A DNA stretch of 64,000 nt from Candidatus Poribacteria bacterium (lineage in GTDB: Bacteria; Poribacteria; WGA-4E; WGA-3G), in contig CAXXUA010000004.1 in NCBI GenBank assembly GCA_963663765.2, forward strand, positions 128,001 to 192,000. Direction: 5' to 3'. Below the pieces are notes generated by a model. The model did not search any database, was not told the DNA's origin, and saw only the letters and a list, made by a program, of their open reading frames with translations. A program made the position numbers and the translations under genes. Shown here one piece after another: positions 11,951 through 18,970 of this stretch. The first letter of the stretch is position 1. Every line of letters begins with the position of its first letter.

Positions 11951-12722
11951 TCTCTCCTTTCCACAACTCATCAATGAAAGCTTTCGGGAGATGAACGTTC
12001 CCATCGGTATAATAATCAAGTTCAATTTCTCCGTGTACCTCACCAACAACAAATGGAACGAACCCCTTAATATCACTGGGCTCAGGGAATGTAAGGCTTA
12101 TACCTTTGGATGCACCGTCTCCCCATGCATAACGGTATAGTGGAAACGCTTTGCATGGCAGACCCACGAGTGCTGCACCAGGTAGAAGCGTATCAGGTTT
12201 TGCCCGTTTTTTCTCTAATAGCAGTTGCGTAGGTTCGGAAACCATATCCACAAAAGCGTATCCTTCTTTGCCAATCTTACAACCAAAGTTTTCAACTGTT
12301 CTTAATTGGCTTAGGAGTTCTTCATCTTCTGAAACCACGTAGCCGATAAGATTTTCAGCGAAAAGGTATTCCCATGTATGGAGTTGATAAACTTCCTTCG
12401 TTGATTGATATCGAACAATTCGCGAGAAGGCATTATGCTTAAATGACCTAATTCCCTGCCGCTTAGTCGTATGAATATGATAATTTTGCCCAATTGGATA
12501 CGCACCCAATGGGCAAAGCTGCGGTGGTAAGGCATAGTAATCTGGGTCTTTAACGGCGGTTTCCGGTAGATGTCCAGCTTCCAGCAATTTCAATCGGCGC
12601 AAAAAACCAGACATCGTAGTCGGTGGCAGAAATGGGTAAGTACTGATGTGCAAGATAGATGAGGGCATCCGTCTAAACGTCAATCCCGATGTCGGTTTAA
12701 TTACCAGTTGCAGCATCCACAT
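11940..12722 (-). CDS. cas5: Cas5 family RAMP
   Basis: STYPFLPPTTMSGFLRRL, a G-rich GCKIGKEG loop, and position after cas7. Confidence 0.8.
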   Translation of the reverse strand: MWMLQLVIKPTSGLTFRRMPSSILHISTYPFLPPTTMSGFLRRLKLLEAGHLPETAVKDPDYYALPPQLCPLGAYPIGQNYHIHTTKRQGIRSFKHNAFSRIVRYQSTKEVYQLHTWEYLFAENLIGYVVSEDEELLSQLRTVENFGCKIGKEGYAFVDMVSEPTQLLLEKKRAKPDTLLPGAALVGLPCKAFPLYRYAWGDGASKGISLTFPEPSDIKGFVPFVVGEVHGEIELDYYTDGNVHLPKAFIDELWKGENDD

Positions 12723-13692
12723 TAAGTACCCCCTTTTCAAACTCTATTAGATACTCTGATAGTTTAGCAATGGCGGTATCCCCGACATATCGGTGAAAAT
12801 TGCCCTCTGTTAATTCGTCTATAGGTTCTTGTTCCTTCCCTGCTACTGAAAAGACAGCCTTTTTAAACTGTTTTTTCGCAGCTTTAATGTCTGTAATGCT
12901 TGGTGAAATAACAGGCCGTTTGCCAAGTGGAGCAAGATACCGATCAATAACAATCCACGGTTCTTCTTTATCTTCTCTGACAAGTGGTGCATCATAAATT
13001 TTAACACCCTTTGGATTACCTGCTCCTAAGCGAGCCAACGCACTCATAAACGCGTAAGCTACAGTGGAAAATTCATTGTCTGTCATACTCAAACAGTGGT
13101 TGTAGACAGGATACAAGAGTCCCGGTTGGTTATATTCGCGCTTAAAGGGTGTTGGTGTTTCGTCACCTTCTTGTCGTAGTAGAGAAGGATGCATGGCACG
13201 TTGCTTTTCCTCGGGACCTAACTCTTGAATAGCGACACCTCCACTATGAGTCAGTCGTCCGATAAGAGTTGTTGCAGGTCGTTTTTCGGTTGCACTTTCA
13301 TTCTCAACTTCGGTTGCACTTGTGATGAGACCACCAAAAACTCGACAGATTGGACACTCTGCCTTACTACACGTATGTGGAATGCCGCAATTTAAGGTAT
13401 CGCCAAGTAATCCATTACCTTTCGGTGCCCAAATCAATGTACGTCGTTCGACACCGCGACGTTTTGTTGGAGAGATATAGCATTTCTCAAGTTCTTTATC
13501 CTTACTGTTTTCTTTTTCCGCATCGTTATTATTAGATAAAGGAATAGTAACTGTTTCAACTATGTTAACATTCACTTGAGTCTCGTGCCCAAAATAGAGT
13601 TCTTGGCCACCTTCAAAAATTGCGTATATGTCAAAGTTAAAACGCTGCTTAGCCGAATAATCTTCAAGTCCCGATTTTACGTTAATTGCCAT
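12697..13692 (-). CDS. cas7: Cas7 backbone subunit, Csc2/I-D-like
   Basis: ISPTKRRGVERR and Zn-finger C-x5-C-x4-CPICRVFGGL, resembling the Csc2 (Cas7d) pattern. Confidence 0.8.
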   Translation of the reverse strand: MAINVKSGLEDYSAKQRFNFDIYAIFEGGQELYFGHETQVNVNIVETVTIPLSNNNDAEKENSKDKELEKCYISPTKRRGVERRTLIWAPKGNGLLGDTLNCGIPHTCSKAECPICRVFGGLITSATEVENESATEKRPATTLIGRLTHSGGVAIQELGPEEKQRAMHPSLLRQEGDETPTPFKREYNQPGLLYPVYNHCLSMTDNEFSTVAYAFMSALARLGAGNPKGVKIYDAPLVREDKEEPWIVIDRYLAPLGKRPVISPSITDIKAAKKQFKKAVFSVAGKEQEPIDELTEGNFHRYVGDTAIAKLSEYLIEFEKGVLNVDAATGN

Positions 13693-13697
13693 TTGGG

Positions 13698-14165
13698 TTA
13701 ATCTCCTTTTTGATTAAATAGGAATGCAAACTTTGCGTATAGGTTCAGTTTCAATTGATATGATAACTTCCTTAGCTGTGCTTTATTATACTTTTCAGAT
13801 AACTTAGCATAAGCGTTTAGAATATCGTCAAAGTAAATTGTCAGTGATTCGGTTCCCTCCTGATCGGACTTTGTCCGATCAGACAATTGTACCATTAGGG
13901 TGTTTTCTAATAACAACTTCCCCTGATCGTAGCAGAAGTAGTTATCATCATTTCGGTACATCGTAGCTCGAGTTCCTGGAAGGCTATCGGATGCTTCGTA
14001 GTTGAAAAAACTCGGGTTTATAACTTTCTCAATAAGTTTCTTGACTTCGCGGACCGTGTCAACGTTCTCTTTTTTTCTGACCTCACTGCGGAAGTAATCA
14101 CAGTAGGCATAGGTCAGTCCTGTGAGAGCAGCAACATCGTAATAAAAATCTGCTTGTATTGACAT
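13698..14165 (-). CDS. cas11: Cas11-like small subunit from an in-frame internal start
   Basis: AAAGGAGACAAATTG-ATG inside the large-subunit gene, in frame, giving a 155-aa helical product (MSIQADF...). Confidence 0.65.
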   Translation of the reverse strand: MSIQADFYYDVAALTGLTYAYCDYFRSEVRKKENVDTVREVKKLIEKVINPSFFNYEASDSLPGTRATMYRNDDNYFCYDQGKLLLENTLMVQLSDRTKSDQEGTESLTIYFDDILNAYAKLSEKYNKAQLRKLSYQLKLNLYAKFAFLFNQKGD

Positions 14166-15968
14166 CAATTTGTCTCCTTTTGAAGATAGTTCATCTTCCA
14201 ATAATACACAGTGTTTTTCCCGGAGTACCTCAAGACTCCTTTTTTCACTGTAAGACCAATCGCTGAGTTGTTTTGCTTCTGTGGACTCTGCAGTAATAAG
14301 TTTGTATATTGCAGAGATTACCTCTTCTTTCTGGATGAGTCGGATTGCTTGGCACAAGCGGATATTGTCTTTGCCGTTTACGATCATGTGTGGCTTAAAA
14401 CTCTCATTAAGGTAGCTAAGCCACACCAGATATCGCGATGATAGGTGAATCTCCGATTCGCCTGTAAATAACGTAAACTGCATCTTTTCAAGTGCGTTAG
14501 ATGGAAGTGTTTGTGCGACCCTCCAGAGAGTGTACTGAACTTGTCCAATTTTTTCTGAGACAGGAGTTGAACCTACAAAATCGTTGCACTTAATCAGTAA
14601 ATACTGTCCCGCAATTAGGTTTAATTCACCAAGGGTTAGCATCTGAAGATATTTCTCAGTGGAAACCAATACGTCTTCTTCATCGGGAATGGAAACCAAT
14701 ACGTCTTCTTCATCGGGATACGATAGGCAAACGATGATTGCTCCCTCTGCGAATTTAATCGGACAACCGAAAGCGACTGCCAGGCAATCAAAGCATATCG
14801 GGGGTTGTGCTTGTCCACTGCCAGATTGCAACCTTTGTGAAGGATCTGAGAAGACGAACCTATTCGCTTCCAATTTACCCTTAAAACGAAGGGTTTCGGT
14901 ACTGGGAGGCATAGGTCTACCACAACTGTAACACCGATTTTTTGAAGTATCACCAGCACTATGTACAGAATCTTGTTCGATCTCGTTAATTGAAGCAAGT
15001 GGGCACTTTAGGGGTCGAATTTGTTCACTTAAGATGTCAATAATCTTATCTTCAATTTTACCTTTTTTGGCGCGCGGTTTTACTGTGCCGTAAGAAAATT
15101 GGGTTGCACCAGTTCGGTTGAATTGGTGAGAAAGTTTCAATGCCTCATCAAAAAGCCTTGTTACTATATCAGATTCATCAGAACCTTGAGCATTTGCCTG
15201 CAATTCATTGCGCAATTCGGCTAAGAGTTGCCTTAGATCTTTCCTATTCTCTATTGCAGCAGTCCTCCGATCTTCGTCCGTTTTGGCTTTTCTATAGTTG
15301 TCGGGGTACCGAACAATTCTCTCCTCAAGCGTAGCAATATAAAATGCCGCTTGCCAAAGTTTCATATCCTCTGTCACCGATGGAAAATGGACATAGCCGA
15401 AGCCTCTGTTAGTCAATTTCATGCTATTTACGAATAAGGTAAAAGACTTATATAATTCCTCTTTTGAATAAGTAAATTGAACAAATTCCTGCCATGTATC
15501 TTCAAGTTGAAAATCTGTGTCCGGAATAAATAAAACCATCGTCAGACGGTTTTCAGAAAGACGAATAACACATTTTTTCTTCTGTAGGAACTCTATGAAA
15601 CGCTCAATTAGCGTGTCATAAGCAAGCCGAATTTGCATCTCTTGCGGAAGCACAGTGCGGTAAAAATTGTAAATCTTACCAATCGGACCTTCCTCGAACT
15701 GGACAATCCAGTTTTTCCCCGCATTAAGTTCTTCAATCGGATCTAAAGATCGTTCCGTTTCTGGTGGCAAGTTTCTAATATAGTGTTCTGCATCCCGGAT
15801 TACCCGTAAGGCATCCATATCGTCCCACCAACGTTTTAGTTGATCATATTCTCTCTTATCATATATATGATGCACAAATGCCTCAAAATCCTCTGTAGAC
15901 TCACTTGGGTATGTTGCCGCAAAGTGAGCGGCTAAAATCTTCTCTTTTTGTAGGTTATCTACGATCAT
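13698..15968 (-). CDS. Type I large subunit (Cas8/Cas10d-like, no HD domain)
   Basis: 756 aa; first gene of the Cascade cluster; CYSC and CFDC Zn motifs; helical C-terminus; ATG at 15968 after AAGGAGG. Confidence 0.72.
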   Translation of the reverse strand: MIVDNLQKEKILAAHFAATYPSESTEDFEAFVHHIYDKREYDQLKRWWDDMDALRVIRDAEHYIRNLPPETERSLDPIEELNAGKNWIVQFEEGPIGKIYNFYRTVLPQEMQIRLAYDTLIERFIEFLQKKKCVIRLSENRLTMVLFIPDTDFQLEDTWQEFVQFTYSKEELYKSFTLFVNSMKLTNRGFGYVHFPSVTEDMKLWQAAFYIATLEERIVRYPDNYRKAKTDEDRRTAAIENRKDLRQLLAELRNELQANAQGSDESDIVTRLFDEALKLSHQFNRTGATQFSYGTVKPRAKKGKIEDKIIDILSEQIRPLKCPLASINEIEQDSVHSAGDTSKNRCYSCGRPMPPSTETLRFKGKLEANRFVFSDPSQRLQSGSGQAQPPICFDCLAVAFGCPIKFAEGAIIVCLSYPDEEDVLVSIPDEEDVLVSTEKYLQMLTLGELNLIAGQYLLIKCNDFVGSTPVSEKIGQVQYTLWRVAQTLPSNALEKMQFTLFTGESEIHLSSRYLVWLSYLNESFKPHMIVNGKDNIRLCQAIRLIQKEEVISAIYKLITAESTEAKQLSDWSYSEKRSLEVLREKHCVLLEDELSSKGDKLMSIQADFYYDVAALTGLTYAYCDYFRSEVRKKENVDTVREVKKLIEKVINPSFFNYEASDSLPGTRATMYRNDDNYFCYDQGKLLLENTLMVQLSDRTKSDQEGTESLTIYFDDILNAYAKLSEKYNKAQLRKLSYQLKLNLYAKFAFLFNQKGD

Positions 15969-16067
15969 CTTGGATCCTCCTTCCTTTAAGTATAACACAC
16001 CACCAGTCACACAAACCTGCAACTGAACAAAAAAATCGTTCACAATTTCATTTTATTTTGAAAAAGA

Positions 16068-16096
16068 TTGACTTATCTTGGATTAAATGTTATAAT
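16068..16096 (+). promoter_or_regulatory. Near-consensus sigma70 promoter
   Basis: TTGACT (16068-73), 17 nt, TATAAT (16091-96). Confidence 0.8.
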
Positions 16097-16102
16097 ATTT
16101 TC

Positions 16103-16152
16103 AGTGCAGGACTGAACCCTCCCTCGGTGGTGGATGTAGGCCCTGCTTTTTT
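16103..16152 (+). ncRNA. Candidate ~50-nt small RNA convergent on DUF3800
   Basis: GC-rich GCAGGACTG...TAGGCCCTGC stem closed by T6, directly after the promoter; no ORF. Confidence 0.55.
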
Positions 16153-16166
16153 ATGTTATTGTTTAG

Positions 16167-16288
16167 CAGGACTTACGCAGTTTTCATGATTTGATGAAGA
16201 ATTATGACGAAAATGGTGTAATTTTCAGCATTTTTTCGGTTTCCAGCGCGCTTACAAAGCGCGCCTACCGTTGGGTGCGTAAGTCCTG
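16167..16288. mobile_element. 122-bp MITE-like element
   Basis: Terminal inverted repeats CAGGACTTACGCA/TGCGTAAGTCCTG; near-identical copy at 56783-56904; flanked by TTTAG on both sides. Confidence 0.85.
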
Positions 16289-16289
16289 T

Positions 16290-16937
16290 TTAGGTTTCTG
16301 GTCGTATAATGCCTTCAGATATTGGATCTAACAAATTGAATGCCTGGTCAAGACCATACTTCGTTTTAGACGTAATCGGACGTTCTTGACGGAGTAGTGC
16401 ATAAGCACAAAAATCGGACAACTGAATAAAATATGACTGATCCGATTGCTTAAAAAATGGGTCTTCAAGAATACGATCTATTACACCATTTTTTAAGGTT
16501 TGCATGCGTCTAACCAATTGGGTGTAGATAGCCTCTTTCCCTTCATCGCAAATTAAAATCGCATAACTATCCTGTTGTTGTAGACTTTGGTTGATACTTC
16601 CGAGTAACGCTTCATAAGCAGGCACGTTCGCTTTAGTTGGGAACACAACGTTAAATAGTCGTGCTTCTGGCAAAGTCGCTACCATTTGAAGTGTCTGTTT
16701 GAAAATTTGGCATCGTCGCCCTTTGGTTACCACTCTATCAGCAATTTTTCCGCGCCCTGAAACAAACTTCCATGCATGGAATTCCGTGTAAATGGAAATA
16801 CCATCACTCGCTTGTATACCGTGCCTGAATTTTTTTACCTCTTTAAGACAAGCATTCCATTTGTTAGCACGAATCGTTAAGGCAGAAAATACACATAGTT
16901 CTTCATCGCCAGAGTCATCAATGTAAATCAGGTGCAT
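16290..16937 (-). CDS. DUF3800 domain protein (RNase H-like fold)
   Basis: LIYIDDSG, EFHA, ICDEG and DPFFKQSDQSYFIQLSDFCAY motifs; ATG at 16937 after AGGAG. Confidence 0.88.
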   Translation of the reverse strand: MHLIYIDDSGDEELCVFSALTIRANKWNACLKEVKKFRHGIQASDGISIYTEFHAWKFVSGRGKIADRVVTKGRRCQIFKQTLQMVATLPEARLFNVVFPTKANVPAYEALLGSINQSLQQQDSYAILICDEGKEAIYTQLVRRMQTLKNGVIDRILEDPFFKQSDQSYFIQLSDFCAYALLRQERPITSKTKYGLDQAFNLLDPISEGIIRPET

Positions 16938-17003
16938 CCCGTCTCCTACATACATCTTGTCCGAGTTTTACTATAATTTTATTGTATATAACGCTACTAT
17001 CAC

Positions 17004-17032
17004 ATGTTAACATGAAACGTGCGTGAAGTCAA
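17004..17032 (-). promoter_or_regulatory. DUF3800 promoter; target of the mini-array spacer
   Basis: TTGACT (17032-27), 17 nt, TGn-TAACAT (17009-04), followed by GTG and the protospacer at 17000-16986. Confidence 0.75.
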
Positions 17033-17048
17033 GAAAAAAGGTAAATTT

Positions 17049-17147
17049 ACTTCAATCTCGGAATCAAGATTCTTATTTTATATAATTGGGCTGAAATATA
17101 ACGCAACTATTTTTCAATCTCGCGATCGAGCTTCTTATCCCTTCATT
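17049..17147 (-). ncRNA. Degenerate one-spacer CRISPR mini-array (CreA/CreR-like regulatory crRNA)
   Basis: 17111-17147 matches the array repeat at 26/37 and 17049-17085 at 25/37, concentrated in the hairpin and handle. The spacer at 17086-17110 matches 16986-17000. Confidence 0.85.
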
Positions 17148-17176
17148 AGAATAGCATAACTAATTCTTTCTGTCAA
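17148..17176 (-). promoter_or_regulatory. Promoter of the mini-array
   Basis: TTGACA (17176-71), 17 nt, TGn-TATTCT (17153-48), abutting the first degenerate repeat. Confidence 0.78.
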
Positions 17177-17202
17177 AGACATAATCGTGCTCCTTCCCCC
17201 AT

Positions 17203-18168
17203 TTATTCATACAACTTCACCATCTTCTGTGCTGTCTGAGCGACCCATTCCCGCAAGGGCTTCGGTTTAATAACCTTTGCTTCGTGTCCGTATCCGAGAA
17301 CCCACCAACCGATTTCGTGCCAACCCGCAACCGTCGCCTCAAACTGAAGTGTGCCATTATCCATTTCCTGCAGCTGCTGTGTCGGATGCCAATTTACCTC
17401 CCGAATTAGCGGAGCGATACGTGGCGCAAACAGGATAACAACGCGCGTGTCCGGTCCAAGCATAACATCCCAACTTTTATCAAGATATTTCTGCAAAGAG
17501 AAATCTTCGGGGATGGTATAACTTGCGTGCGTGATGGAGAGCGAATTAATGCGGTTGATACGAAAGGTGAGAACTTGTTTGGATTCTTTAGAGTGACCGA
17601 TGACATACCATGCGCGTTTACGAAACAGCACCGCATAAGGTGCAAGTCGATGACGAGTTTCCTTTTGACTGCTGAAGGAATCATAAGTTATGGCAACTCT
17701 GTGCTTTTCTCGGATTGCTTGGTATAACAACTCTTTATACGGTTCCGGTTCATCAATTGGACTCACCTGTTGATCTTGCACCTCAATCCGCGGTGCTATC
17801 TGATTTAAGATGTCTTTTGTCTGCTTTGGTAGTGTGGTAGTAATCTTATGAATTGCGCGATTAAGTACCTCAACTGTTTGTTTCCCTTCGGTTGTTTTAT
17901 AAAAACTCGCTGCAGTAATCAGCGCGAGAGCTTCTTCAAAGTCAAGGTTGAGAGCGGGAAGGAAGAAATCCGAGATCATCTCGTATCCCTGTTTACCACG
18001 TGGCACAATCTGGATTCCCATAACACGCAAAAGGTCAATATCGCGCTGGATAGTCGTGATATTGACTTCAAATCGTTCTGCTAACTGGGGACGTGTCCAT
18101 TTACGTGGCTCACTGTGAATTAGATATGCAACTTCAATGATGCGTGCCATCTGATATGTTCGGTACAT
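17203..18168 (-). CDS. HTH-WYL-WCX transcriptional regulator
   Basis: LAERFEVNITTIQRDIDLL HTH, APYAVLFRKRAWYVIG and TFRINRI motifs. Confidence 0.93.
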   Translation of the reverse strand: MYRTYQMARIIEVAYLIHSEPRKWTRPQLAERFEVNITTIQRDIDLLRVMGIQIVPRGKQGYEMISDFFLPALNLDFEEALALITAASFYKTTEGKQTVEVLNRAIHKITTTLPKQTKDILNQIAPRIEVQDQQVSPIDEPEPYKELLYQAIREKHRVAITYDSFSSQKETRHRLAPYAVLFRKRAWYVIGHSKESKQVLTFRINRINSLSITHASYTIPEDFSLQKYLDKSWDVMLGPDTRVVILFAPRIAPLIREVNWHPTQQLQEMDNGTLQFEATVAGWHEIGWWVLGYGHEAKVIKPKPLREWVAQTAQKMVKLYE

Positions 18169-18263
18169 AATGCCTCTCAATTTAATTGCGGATGCCATAT
18201 TATCAGGACGGACACAAACTGCATCAGAACGCAATAATTTTTACCCAAAATGTCGTTATTTTG

Positions 18264-18552
18264 TTATTTTAACCTCCACTCCACCGGACGTTCAACGATA
18301 AGCGATTCAACATCTTCATCAAAATAATCAGCAATTTCTTGTAATAATTCAGGGGTTGGGTTCTGTTTGCAGTGCTCTATACGATTAAGTAATGTTTGGC
18401 TTATACCTAACTCTTCTGCCAATTTTGCTTAAGTTATGTAATTTTTCTTGCGTAGGTATATATACAATGGAGAAGAATATCTTGCCGTGTTCTGTTGTAT
18501 TTTCTGGTATATTTTGTTTTTTCAATGTTGACAACTCTTTATTATCTAACAT
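18264..18552 (-). pseudogene. XRE-family HTH regulator pseudogene
   Basis: Reads LRKKNYIT*AKLAEELGISQTLLNRIEHCKQNPTPELLQEIADYF. TAA at 18431-29 where Gln is expected, plus a frameshift in a TA run. Confidence 0.75.
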
Positions 18553-18696
18553 TTTAGTCAAATCCTCCATTTCAGTAAAGTAAAACAAATTAGGGATTAG
18601 GATAACAAAACTGAAGGTTGTATTGTTTAGATTATGATGCAAGAATTAGTGGTTTCTGTGCGGATCCTGTTACATCAGATTTCAACTACAGCAATT

Positions 18697-18850
18697 ATAA
18701 TATTTCGGTGTCCAGTGTTTCTAAGACTCGGACATCGGGTGTGCCAAAGGATAGCATGGCGAATTCGTCGGCGAACTGGTGCATCAGATGCTTCATGATC
18801 TCATCGTATAGTTCCTTGCTATGTGTTGTGCCTTTCGGCACGTAGGACAA
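18697..18850 (-). pseudogene. Gene fragment, possibly the N-terminus of an Rpn-like protein
   Basis: Reads KELYDEIMKHLMHQFADEFAMLSFGTPDVRVLETLDTEIL*; GC-richer than its flanks. Confidence 0.35.
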
Positions 18851-18970
18851 AGTCAACGTTTGCAATGCCGAATTCGGTAACTTTGGGGTAGTACTTTTCA
18901 GTTTGGTGTGGTTAATATGATACTGAGAAAATACAAATTCCTAGCGTGTAAAATATTAGAGTGGATCAAA

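Noticed and set aside
15990-16005. Second target of the mini-array spacer upstream of the large subunit (TATAAC match)
   Set aside because: Only a 6-nt run matches and the seed end is mismatched.
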